DNA of 34,465 nucleotides from positions 1-34,465 of the forward strand of contig CAXBNA010000040.1 in assembly GCA_963976915.1 (NCBI GenBank), in the 5' to 3' direction. The stretch comes from an uncultured Verrucomicrobiales bacterium (GTDB taxonomy: Bacteria > Verrucomicrobiota > Verrucomicrobiia > Verrucomicrobiales > Verrucomicrobiaceae). Below the pieces are notes generated by a model. The model worked only from the letters and a program-made list of their open reading frames with translations, was not told the DNA's origin and did no database searches. Numbering within the stretch: the stretch's first letter is position 1; the number at the start of each line of letters is the position of its first letter. Position numbers and translations under genes: made by a program. Shown in pieces: positions 16,221 through 25,500 of this stretch.

Positions 16221-17354
16221 TCAATCGTCGTCCATCTCGTGGAAGCGTGGCTTGAGATCACGCTCAATCTGGCGGCGGTCGGCCTTGTTGCGGGCTTTGA
16301 CTTTCCGGTCGCGCTTGGCCACGCGCTCCACCGCAACTTGCCGCTTCTTGTGACGTTGGCGGATTGCTTTGATCTCTTCTCCGAGTTTGAGAAAGCCCTC
16401 GTAGCGCCCAGGATCGAGGTGACCTTCTTCCATCGCGGCGCGGATGGCGCAGCCTGCGTCCTGGCGGTGTTTGCAACCCGTGAACTTGCACTGTGAAGCC
16501 AGCACCTCGAGATCGGCAAAAGGCTCGCGCAGCGTGGTCTCGTCGGTCCACATCTGCACTTCCTTGATGCCGGGGTTGTCGATGACGATGCCTCCCTTTC
16601 GCAGGACCATGAGCTCGCGTGCCGTCGTGGTGTGGCGACCTCGGCCGGAGGCGGCGTGAATTTCCCCCGTCCATTGGTATTCATCGCCAAGCAGATGATT
16701 GATGATCGCCGACTTTCCGACGCCACTGCTGCCGATGAAGGCCACGGTGATGCCTTTGGAAAAGAGTTGGTCGATGGCTTTGAGGCCCTTTTTCTCCAGT
16801 GCGCTGATGGAGTGGACGGCAACGCCCGTGGGAGCGATGGCGCGAATGGCCTCCACGGCTTGCTGGTTTTGCTCGGGTGGAAAGAGGTCGGACTTGTTTA
16901 CCAAGACCGTGGCCTGGGCACCGCTGCGGGAGATGATGGTGAAGTAGCGTTCCATCCGTCGCAGATTGAAGTCCATGCCTGGATCGGTGACGACCGCGAC
17001 GGTGTTGACATTGGCGGCGAGGACTTGCTGCTCGCTGCTGTCGCCAGGAACCTTCCGGGAAAGGGAGGCCTGTCGGGGAAGTCGGGCGCGAATCACCGCG
17101 TCCGTCTGTTCGTCGCCAGGATCGATGGCCACCCAGTCGCCCACCGCAGGGAGATCGGCGTCCGTCTCGGCATCATGGTAGACTTTGCCGGACATGATGA
17201 CGTCCATTTCTTCAAAGGCACCGTCCTCGACGATGAGGGCTCCGTAGCTGATCTTGTTGTCGCGGATCAATCGACCCGGCAGCCAGCCTTCCGCCGCGAG
17301 GGGGGCAAACTCGCGTGCGAAGGTTTCGTTCCAGCCAAGGTCGAGGAGGGTCAT
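16221..17354 (-). CDS. rsgA: Ribosome small-subunit-dependent GTPase A (RsgA/YjeQ).
   Basis: Circularly permuted GTPase order: VLVNKSDL (G4), then GSSGVGKSAIINHL (G1), then GRHTTT (G2/switch), then IDNPGI (G3). The C-terminal zinc finger is CKFTGCKHRQDAGCAI. Start set to MTLLDLGW (ATG 17352-17354). The track ORF extends 113 codons further upstream and would overlap the divergent redoxin gene. Confidence 0.85.
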   Translation of the reverse strand: MTLLDLGWNETFAREFAPLAAEGWLPGRLIRDNKISYGALIVEDGAFEEMDVIMSGKVYHDAETDADLPAVGDWVAIDPGDEQTDAVIRARLPRQASLSRKVPGDSSEQQVLAANVNTVAVVTDPGMDFNLRRMERYFTIISRSGAQATVLVNKSDLFPPEQNQQAVEAIRAIAPTGVAVHSISALEKKGLKAIDQLFSKGITVAFIGSSGVGKSAIINHLLGDEYQWTGEIHAASGRGRHTTTARELMVLRKGGIVIDNPGIKEVQMWTDETTLREPFADLEVLASQCKFTGCKHRQDAGCAIRAAMEEGHLDPGRYEGFLKLGEEIKAIRQRHKKRQVAVERVAKRDRKVKARNKADRRQIERDLKPRFHEMDDD

Positions 17355-17484
17355 TCGTGAAAGGGAGGGGCGACGGCAACCGCCAAGAGGGTCAAGGCTG
17401 GACGCGCCTCGTCTCTGGTGCAACGGCTTTGCTTTCGACGAAGTATTCTTGGGAAAGGTGGCGCTCGCGTTCGTAACAAGCGTC

Positions 17485-18006
17485 ATGACTTCGTCTTCCA
17501 TCGATTCCGATTTGCTTGTGAAGACGCGTGTCAGCACAGGGGAATCGTTGGCCGAACTGACGGAGAAGTCTCCCATGCTGCTGGTCCTGCTCCGCCATGA
17601 AGGGTGCACCTTTTGCCGCAATGCGATGTCGGACATCGCTCGCGTGCTCCCAAGGATTGAGGCAGGCGGGACGCGAGTCGTGATTGGGCACATGAGCTCC
17701 GAGGCTGACTTTGCGACGTTTGCCGAAAGATATGGCCTGTCGTCGATTGCGTCGGTTTCGGATCCGGAGCGGGAACTCTACAAGGGTCTCGGTTTGCGGC
17801 GGGGTCGATTGATCCAGTTGCTCGGTCCGAGGGTGCTGTGGACGTGGTTCAAATCCACGATGTCAGGCCATTTTCCGGGAAAGATCAAGGGAGACCCCTT
17901 CCAGCTTCCGGGGGCCTTTTTGCTTCATCACGGTCGGGTGGTCAAAGCCCACGCCTATCGCGATGCCTCGGATCGACCCGACTACGTGGCCCTGGCGACG
18001 CCGTAA
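17485..18006 (+). CDS. Thioredoxin-fold redoxin (AhpC/TSA / peroxiredoxin-like family).
   Basis: MTSSSIDSDLLVKTRV...MLLVLLRHEGCTFCRNAMSDIA with a C-x-x-C (CTFC) motif in a thioredoxin-like context. Start re-set to ATG 17485. The track's 17254 start is upstream and would overlap rsgA. Confidence 0.7.
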   Translation: MTSSSIDSDLLVKTRVSTGESLAELTEKSPMLLVLLRHEGCTFCRNAMSDIARVLPRIEAGGTRVVIGHMSSEADFATFAERYGLSSIASVSDPERELYKGLGLRRGRLIQLLGPRVLWTWFKSTMSGHFPGKIKGDPFQLPGAFLLHHGRVVKAHAYRDASDRPDYVALATP

Positions 18007-18018
18007 CGTCCGACGATG

Positions 18019-18981
18019 CTATCGCAGCATCATCCACAGGGTGGTCGCTCCGTGACCCGCTGGAAAATCCAGGGGAGAGGGTGTGGCCATATAGCTGGCG
18101 GTTCGGCGCTTTCCTTTGGCGCAGACCCGCGCACGCCGCTCCAGACTGTCGCGATCGATCTTGGTGCTGTTGGTGGACAAAAGAATCGCACACTTCGGCA
18201 TCGCCACCTCCAGAGCCGCGTCGAGGAGGTCTTCGAAATGGCGTTCGACCTGCCAACGGCGCCCTTGGCGGGTGCGGGAAAAGGTGGGGGGATCAAGGAT
18301 GATCGCATCGAACCGCTCGTTCTGTCCTCCCAGGCGCGGCAGCAACTCCAAGGTATCGTCCGCGAGAAAACGATGCTGTGTTGGGTCGATCCCATTGAGG
18401 ATGAAGTTTTGCTTCCCTCGATCCAGGGACTTGCGGGAGAGGTCCACGCTGACGGTCTGTGCCCCCAAGAGGGCGGCTTCGACGCTGAAACTGCAGGTGT
18501 ACGCGAAGGTGTTGAGCAGGCGTTTGGGCCGCAACGTCCGGAGCTTTTCGCGATTGGAACGTTGATCGAGAAAGAGGCCGTGACTGTAGCCTGCAGCGAA
18601 GTCGATCTCGTACCGCGTTCCGGCCTCACTCACCACAGTGGTGGCGGGAAGCGTCGGGTCACCACTGCACAAGACGGGCGAGACGCGGTCGGCGTTCTTG
18701 AGCGGAAGGAAACGGGAGAAGATCCGTGCCTCATCCCACCCGGCTTCGGCCTTCCAGTGTTCAAACTCGGCGATCAGGGTCTTCAGCGCGGCGTCATTCT
18801 TGTGAGAGATCAAGACGTCGTCTCCCAATCTCTCGACCCACCCGTCCGGGCCTGAGGCCAAGCGATGGGCCGTGGTGCCGGTTTCGGCGAATTGACTCGC
18901 GAGTTCAGTGGAGATCCACTCGGCGGGGGTGTCTGATGGAGGAGGGGAGGAGGCAGGTGGCACGCCCCAAGCCTGTCGCAC
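18019..18981 (-). CDS. Class I SAM-dependent RNA methyltransferase of the RlmI/YccW-like (PF10672) type, without a PUA domain.
   Basis: TTAHRLASGPDGWVERLGDDVLISH (matches the AHRL..G.DG..V.R.GD.LV.Q N-terminal motif of this family). Then LNTFAYTCSFSVEAALLGA...VDLSRKSLD...AIILDPPTFS. The track start is a GTG (18979-18981) and the real start is uncertain. Confidence 0.7.
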   Translation of the reverse strand: MRQAWGVPPASSPPPSDTPAEWISTELASQFAETGTTAHRLASGPDGWVERLGDDVLISHKNDAALKTLIAEFEHWKAEAGWDEARIFSRFLPLKNADRVSPVLCSGDPTLPATTVVSEAGTRYEIDFAAGYSHGLFLDQRSNREKLRTLRPKRLLNTFAYTCSFSVEAALLGAQTVSVDLSRKSLDRGKQNFILNGIDPTQHRFLADDTLELLPRLGGQNERFDAIILDPPTFSRTRQGRRWQVERHFEDLLDAALEVAMPKCAILLSTNSTKIDRDSLERRARVCAKGKRRTASYMATPSPLDFPAGHGATTLWMMLR

Positions 18982-19493
18982 GGTTGGTGCAGAATCAATC
19001 GACCGTGTGGGTCAGTGGGGAAGTTCCGGAGGCGTCGCTGTAGGGCCAGGAGCCGGGACTTGGGGGTGCTTGCGAGAACGCGCGCAGGCAGTGAAAGCGT
19101 GGCGAGCGTTGGGCGGCCGATCTCAAGCTTCTTCGAGTTCATCCAGAGAATCGATCGGGGCGTTCGCGAGGCGACTTCCGACCAAGGGATGAAGAGCGCG
19201 GGTGAGCGAACCTGAACAGTGGCATCACGGATAGAAAAAAGGCCCTCGTCGCTGAGGTGGACGGTGAGGACCCCTTTGTAGCTGGTGAGGCGGACCATCC
19301 CCCGAAGTCCACGGTGATACTGACCGACGACGGGACGATCCCCGGCCGGGTAGTGTTTGGCCAGACGAGACCAACCGCCGATTTTGCTGAGGAGCCACCC
19401 GACGAAGCACCAGAGCATGGGGAACGTGACCAAAAAACCAACGACGATCCCGGGTATTCCCCAAGCGGGGAAATTGGATCCGTTCTGGTTCAT
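18810..19493 (-). CDS. Membrane protein with a bacterial PH-like (YdbS/YdbT-type) domain. Its 3' end overlaps the next gene.
   Basis: One or two N-terminal TM helices (GIPGIVVGFLVTFPMLWCFVGWLL), followed by a beta-rich region (GVLTVHLSDEGLFSIRDATVQVRSPALFIPWSEV). The last ~55 residues are Pro-rich and low-complexity, and overlap the methyltransferase ORF by 172 nt. Confidence 0.5.
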   Translation of the reverse strand: MNQNGSNFPAWGIPGIVVGFLVTFPMLWCFVGWLLSKIGGWSRLAKHYPAGDRPVVGQYHRGLRGMVRLTSYKGVLTVHLSDEGLFSIRDATVQVRSPALFIPWSEVASRTPRSILWMNSKKLEIGRPTLATLSLPARVLASTPKSRLLALQRRLRNFPTDPHGRLILHQPCDRLGACHLPPPLLHQTPPPSGSPLNSRVNSPKPAPRPIAWPQARTGGSRDWETTS

Positions 19494-19620
19494 TCAGAAA
19501 TGATCGTTGGAGCTCGGTCGGAAATCAATTCGCAAGCCGGGAAGGCGGCGGATCGAATTCTCGACACAATTTGTAATCGCATGCATTGAACGGACCTCCT
19601 AAGCTCGCTGAGAATTTTCC

Positions 19621-20301
19621 ATGATTGCCCTGTTTCAAGAAGCCATCGCCGCCTGCAACCTGCCGTTCACGGCACTGCTGGGCATGGTTCTATTTTATTG
19701 GTGCCTGGTGGGACTCGGTGCGTTGGATTTCGACATCGATGTCATTGACCTCGATTTTAGCGATGTCGGTGACTTGGGGGACACACCTGCCGGTCCGATC
19801 AACACGGGCGGCGCCTGGATCACCCTGGGAGGTGCGATTGGTTTCAACAGGGTGCCCATCGTCGTCTGGGCCACCTTTCTGGCGCTCTTCCTGTGGGCGG
19901 GGGCGATGCTGCTCAATCACACCTTCAATCCCACCAAGGCCATGCTGATGGCCGTACTGCTCGTGATCCCCAATCTGATCGGTTCACTGCTCGTGACGCG
20001 GGTGGTGGTGTGGCCCCTTGGGAAAGTCTTCACCGCGATGGCGGAAGCCCAAAGCGAGACGGAGAAAGTGGTCGGCCGGCAAGCCCTGGTGATCAGTGCC
20101 AAGGTGGACTCCACCTACGGGCAGGTCGAGATCGCAAACTCTGGTGCCCCGGTCCGCGTGAATGCACGAATTGTGGATGGTGCTTCTGCGCTTGGCAAAG
20201 GCACGCCGGTGCGCATCACCGCAGCAGGCCCGGATGCTCAGTACTATTTCGTCGAGCCAGTGGCTGCCGCCTCTATTCCAGCGACAACCGCTTCCGACTG
20301 A
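19621..20301 (+). CDS. yqiJ: YqiJ/NfeD-like membrane protein (DUF1449-type: N-terminal TM helices plus C-terminal OB-fold). This is the usual partner of flotillin YqiK.
   Basis: 226 aa with 3-4 TM segments, an acidic loop (DFDIDVIDLDFSDVGDLGD), and a C-terminal soluble region (QALVISAKVDSTYGQVEIANSGAPVRVNARIVDG..GTPVRITAAGPDAQYYFVEP) typical of the NfeD OB-fold. It ends 22 nt before the flotillin start. Confidence 0.7.
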   Translation: MIALFQEAIAACNLPFTALLGMVLFYWCLVGLGALDFDIDVIDLDFSDVGDLGDTPAGPINTGGAWITLGGAIGFNRVPIVVWATFLALFLWAGAMLLNHTFNPTKAMLMAVLLVIPNLIGSLLVTRVVVWPLGKVFTAMAEAQSETEKVVGRQALVISAKVDSTYGQVEIANSGAPVRVNARIVDGASALGKGTPVRITAAGPDAQYYFVEPVAAASIPATTASD

Positions 20302-20323
20302 ATCCCATCAACTCATCCCTACT

Positions 20324-22438
20324 ATGATCGACATCCCTCCCTCTCCACTTGCCTTTTTTGGCATCTTCGAAAGCCTCGGCATGGGGCTCGTAGCCACCTT
20401 GTTCACGCTTGGCTTTGGTCTCCTGATGTTCATCTTTGCGGCGTTTGCGCGCTTTTTCCGCAAAGTGCAGCAGGGGCAAGCCATCGTGAGAAACGGGATG
20501 GGCGGTACCCGGGTGACGTTCAACGGGATGATGGTCTACCCGGTCGTTCACCAGGCCGAGTACATGGATATCTCACTCAAAAGAGTCGAGATCGAGCGCC
20601 AGGGCGCAGAAGGCCTGATCTGTCAGGACAACATTCGAGCCGACATCAAAGTGGCTTTCTTTGTCCGTGTGAACAAGACGGAGGACGATGTGCTGCGGGT
20701 GGCTCAGACCGTGGGCACTCAGCGTGCATCGAGCGTCGATACGATGCGCACCCTGTTTGACGCCAAGTTTTCCGAGGCACTCAAAACGGTCGGCAAGCGT
20801 TTTGACTTCGTGCAGCTCTACAATGAGCGGGATCATTTCAAGGACGCGATCCTGAAGGTGATCGGCACCGACCTCAACGGCTTCACGCTGGACGACTGTG
20901 CCATCGACTTTCTGGAACAGACGGCGGTTGAGAATCTGGATCCGGACAACATTCTGGATGCGGAAGGGATCAAGAAAATCACCGAACTGACAGCTTCCCA
21001 AGCGAAGCTGTCGAACAACATCCAGCGGGACAAGGAGAAGGTCATCAAGAAGCAGGATGTGGAGGCCCGCGAGGCGATCCTCGAGCTGGAGCGCCAACTT
21101 TCCGAGACGGAAGCCAAGCAACTCCGCGATGTGGAGTCGGTCCAAGCGCGCGAACAAGCGGAGACGATCAAGGTGAAGGAAGAGGAGCGCATGAAGTCCG
21201 AGCGGGCACGCATCGCGACGGACGAAGACCTGGCTGTGGCGACGGAGAATATGGAGCGCCAGGTACTCGTGGCGCAGCGCAACAAGGAGCGCACAGACGC
21301 CATCGAGGTCGAGCGCGTTGAGCGGGATCGGATGCTGGAGCAGATCGAACGCGAGCGCGCCACGACGCTCAAGAGCATCGAGAAGGACAAGGCGGTCGAG
21401 ATCGAGCAAAAGAACATTCAGGAAGTCATCAAGGAGCGTGTGGCTCTGGAGAAGACCGTGGTGATCGAGCAGCAGAAGATCAAAGACACGGAGGCCTTCG
21501 CCACGGCGGATCGCGAGAAGCAGGTGGCTGTGACCTTGGCGGAAAAATCCGCTCAAGAAGTGGTCATTCAGAAGATCAAGGAGGCGGAAGCGCAGAAGCA
21601 GGCCGCGCAGTTCAAGGCGGAAGAGGACGCCTTCAATCAAACGAAGGCGGCGGAAGCCTCGAAGCAAGCTGCCGAACTGAGAGCGCAGGAGATGATCACG
21701 CTGGCGGAAGCTCGTCAGGATGCGGCGGCACGCGAATCGCAGGCCGAGAAACTCATGGCGGAAGCGGTGACGGCTCAAGCGGCAGCCCAGGGCCTGGGTC
21801 AGGCTCAGGTGCTCGTCGCCAATGCGGATGCCTCGCAGAAGCAGGGGCATGTCGATGCGGAGATTCTCCAGCTCAAGCTGGCGGCCGAAGCGGATGGCAT
21901 CCAGAAAAAGGCGGAAGCGATGAAGGTCCTCGAAGAGGCCGGGCGCGAGCACGAAGAGTTCAAGCTCCAGCTCGACAAGGAGAAAGAGATCGCCATCAAG
22001 CAGATCGACATCCAGAAGGACATCGCCACGCAGCAGGCCATCGTGCTCGGCGAGGCGCTCAAGAGTGCCAAGATCGAGATTGTGGGAGGCGAGAGCCAGT
22101 TCTTCGACAAGATCACTCAGGCGATTGGAAACGGTCGTGCGGTGGATCGTTTAGTCGCCAACAGCGAGGTGCTCAGCGATGTGAAGGAAACCTTCTTCAA
22201 TGGAGATCCCGATTACTTCAAAGGGCAGTTTCGCGGGCTGATGGACCAGTTCAGCTTCTCGACTGAGGACCTCAAAAACCTCACGGTTTCCGCCGTGCTG
22301 GGCAAGATGATGGGCCTCAATCCTGATGCCGGTCTCATGAGCAAGCTCCAGGGCATGATGGGCGCGGCCAACCGCTTCGGTCTGGGTGACAAGCCAGCCG
22401 ACGCATTGATCGCGGCCGTTGCCAAAGGGAAGAAGTGA
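20324..22438 (+). CDS. yqiK: Flotillin-family SPFH/Band-7 protein (YqiK-like), long form with an extended E/A/K-rich coiled coil.
   Basis: 704 aa. N-terminal TM region, then an SPFH domain: AIVRNGMGGTRVTFNGMMVYPVVHQAEYMDISLKRVEIER...ADIKVAFFVRVNKTEDDVLRVAQTVG. This aligns by eye to E. coli YqiK (AFVRTGLGGQKVVMSGGAIVMPIFH...LKLEVSR...VDVVVAFFVRVKP). A long EA-repeat (flotillin) region follows. Start set to the ATG at 20324 (MIDIPP). Confidence 0.9.
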   Translation: MIDIPPSPLAFFGIFESLGMGLVATLFTLGFGLLMFIFAAFARFFRKVQQGQAIVRNGMGGTRVTFNGMMVYPVVHQAEYMDISLKRVEIERQGAEGLICQDNIRADIKVAFFVRVNKTEDDVLRVAQTVGTQRASSVDTMRTLFDAKFSEALKTVGKRFDFVQLYNERDHFKDAILKVIGTDLNGFTLDDCAIDFLEQTAVENLDPDNILDAEGIKKITELTASQAKLSNNIQRDKEKVIKKQDVEAREAILELERQLSETEAKQLRDVESVQAREQAETIKVKEEERMKSERARIATDEDLAVATENMERQVLVAQRNKERTDAIEVERVERDRMLEQIERERATTLKSIEKDKAVEIEQKNIQEVIKERVALEKTVVIEQQKIKDTEAFATADREKQVAVTLAEKSAQEVVIQKIKEAEAQKQAAQFKAEEDAFNQTKAAEASKQAAELRAQEMITLAEARQDAAARESQAEKLMAEAVTAQAAAQGLGQAQVLVANADASQKQGHVDAEILQLKLAAEADGIQKKAEAMKVLEEAGREHEEFKLQLDKEKEIAIKQIDIQKDIATQQAIVLGEALKSAKIEIVGGESQFFDKITQAIGNGRAVDRLVANSEVLSDVKETFFNGDPDYFKGQFRGLMDQFSFSTEDLKNLTVSAVLGKMMGLNPDAGLMSKLQGMMGAANRFGLGDKPADALIAAVAKGKK

Positions 22439-22510
22439 CCTGAGCCATTCCTGACGTCCTGTTCTGATTCCGACCTGACTTCTCGGGTATCGGGATCGGG
22501 ACGAGGATGA

Positions 22511-25500
22511 ATGAGGAACCCGAATCCGATGTCCGATACCCCGCCATCCGCCCAACTCGAAGCCGGTGCTTACGAGGTCATCCGCAAGCGCCTCGATGCG
22601 CAGGGCGAGGATCTGCGTTCGCGGCTGGATCAGCTCAACGAGGCGCGGAAGTCGATCTTCGGCGGGGTGGAGACGCAGCTGCTCTCCACGGCGCGGCTGA
22701 CGACGGAGCACAACTGCGTGCCGCGTGACATGGCGACGATTGGGGCCAAGCGGTTCGTGTTTGGCTACAATGTCACGTTGGGGCTGAAGAGTCACCTTGC
22801 GGCGGAGGATGTTTTTTCGACCTACGACTACGATCCCTCGGACCACAGCTTCCACGCCAACAAGGACGGCTTGCTGGAGGACAAGCGTTTTGTCGAGGAC
22901 TTTGACTACCTCTACAAGTACTACAAGAACGCCTTCTTCCTGCGGTTTCATCGCAGCGGGCATGCGGTGTATTTCGTCTTCCAAGTCGGGCGGGATGTGG
23001 GCGAGGTGAAGGCCTTTAAGTGGCTGCTGGACAAAGATGCAGGGACGCTGCGCTACGAAGGCAATCGCTTCGATCATGAGATCGCCATGCCGGATCCACA
23101 CGAGTTTGTGTGGCGAAAGGCGACGCATGACATGTATCGCCACGGCACGTATCCGCATGTGTCCATCGAGGATCGTGTGTTTGTGGAGACGGTGGGCGGG
23201 GATCTGACGGTGAAGGTGGAGGACAACACGGCCTCGGGTGCCGGGATCTACTCCGAGCCGGTGGAGAACGGAGACCAGATCCTCGACGATGCGCAGATCC
23301 AATACGCGATTGTTGGCAATCTGATTCTACTGAAGGTGCTGCCCTACCAGGAGAAGCAGTGGCGGCATCTGGTCTTCAATGAACGCACGCAGGACGTGGT
23401 GAGGATCGACGCCCTCGAGGAGTCCTGCCAGCTTTTGCCTGATGATCATGGCATTGTGTTTCCGCGCGGCTACGTGTTGCAAACCGGCGGAATGAAGGTG
23501 CTGGACACCGGGCTGCCCGAGATGCAGTTCGAGCGAAAGGTGACCTCGGCCAATGGGGAGGACACGCTCTATGTCTTCCATCACATCGAGACGGGCACCT
23601 ACCTCTTGCTCTCCTACAATTTGGTGGAGCAGGAGATGGCAGCGCCGACGATCAGCCATGGCTTTGCGATGTTTCCGAATGGTGAGCTGATCGTTCTGAA
23701 TGCCGAGGAAGAGGCGCGGAAGCATCACTCGATTCAAGTCTGGCAAACACCGTTTGTCGCGGAGCAGCAGGCGGTCGATGAACATCGCGACAGCTTGTTG
23801 GGCAAGCTCGGGAATGCGGAGATCGTGCGCTGCATGGCGGAGTGCCGTGGCATCCTGACCTTGCTGGGGAAAGAAGACAGCTACTCGGGATTGTACGTGG
23901 AGCTGGTCCGTCAAGCGGGCGACATCGCCGACACGTATTTCTGGCTGGACAAGGCGGAAGCCCATGGCCTGCGGGGCACGCTGACGAAGATCAAGGACGC
24001 TGCAGAAGCGGCGCTGGGTGAGTTTGAAAAGGTGCGTCGTCTCCGGGCGGCGGCCAAGACGGAGGTCGCATCATTGACGGAGGCCGCGAACAAGGCGGTG
24101 CGTGAGGCCGAGAGCGCGAGCTTTGATGACGTGCAGAGTTTTGTGAAGTCGCTCGCCACCTTGCGTGAGCTTCGCGGCCGGATCATCGCTGCCCAGGAGA
24201 TCCGGTACATCGATGAAGAAGCGCTGAAGGCGTTGGATGCAAAGGTGGCGGAAGCGGCGGAACTGGTGGGCGGTCGTTGCACGGAGTTTTTGCTGCTGCC
24301 TGAGGCGCTGGCACCCTACGATCAGGCCGTTACCAAGCAGCGGGCGGCTTTGGAGAAAGTGGCCAAGGTCACGGAGGCGGAGGAACTGGACGCGCAACTG
24401 CGGTCAACGAGTGAGGAACTGGAACTCCTGATCAGCGTGGTGAGTTCTCTCAAAATCCGTGATGCGACCGAGACGACTCGGATCACGGAAAGCATCTCCG
24501 GCCAGTTTGCGCAGCTCAATCAGGTGCGCTCTCGGGTGAAGGCGCGGCGTGATGAGTTGGCGCAGACGGAGGGTGAGTCTGAGTTTTACGCGCAGCTCAA
24601 TTTGCTGAAGCAGGTGGTGATCAATCAGGTCGAACTCTGCGATACGGCAGAGAAATGCGATGATGCCCTGACGCGGACGCTGGTGCGGATCGAGGAACTG
24701 GAGGGACGCTTTGGAGACTTTGAGGGATTTGCGGAGGAACTGATTCGTCGACGTGAGGAAACGCAATCGGCGTTTGATGCACGCCGACAGCAACTCGTCG
24801 AGACGCGGAATCGCCGCACTCAGGCTCTGGTCCAGGCGGCGGACCGGGTGCTGGCGAGCATTCGCAATCGTCTGAACACTCTGGCCACGCCGGAGGAGGT
24901 GCACTCGTATTTGGCCTCGGCTGCGATGGCGGCGAAGGCGCGGGATTTGATCGCCGATCTTCGGGACCTTGGCGACCCGGTGCGTGCGGATGAGATTCAG
25001 ACACGGCTGAAGACCCTGAGCGAGGGAGCGGTGAAGCAGATTCGCGACAAGGCGGATCTGTTTGTGGAAGGCGGCGACGTCATCAAGCTCGGGCCTCATG
25101 CCTTTTCAGTGAATCGGCAACCGCTGGATCTGACGCTGGTGCAACGGGAAGGGGCGTTGTTTTTCCATCTCACTGGAACGCGCTATTCGGAAGCAGTCCA
25201 GGATGAGGTGCTGGAGCAGCTGCGCCCGGTGTGGCCTTTGGAATCCAGTGCGGAGTCGCCGGGGGTCTATCGCGGCGAGTATCTTGCTCATATTTGGGTG
25301 GCGCATCTGGCGACCCAAGGGCAGGAGGCCTTGGACGCTTTTGTGGCGCAGGATGTCGAGGCGAGGCAGGGTGTGATTCGGGATTTCATGGCGGAGCGGT
25401 TTGCCGAAGGCTACACGAAAGGCGTTCATGATCATGATGCGGCCCGCATCGCTCTGCCTCTGGCGGAGCTTCGCGGGCGATTGGGACGCCTTCGTCACGC

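Noticed and set aside
17355-17693. 113-codon N-terminal extension of the RsgA ORF (MCPITTRVPP...).
   Set aside because: The conserved RsgA N-terminus begins at MTLLDLGW. The extension would overlap the divergent redoxin gene's start (17485) and promoter region. The supplied track also uses GTG/TTG starts. It is most likely non-coding.
20573-21952. 459-aa minus-strand ORF antisense to the flotillin gene, and a 383-aa ORF (22151-23302) antisense to the start of the giant ATPase gene.
   Set aside because: They are Leu/Arg-rich mirror images of the E/A/K-rich coiled-coil coding sequence on the other strand, and have no domain signatures. The sense-strand genes have clear homology.
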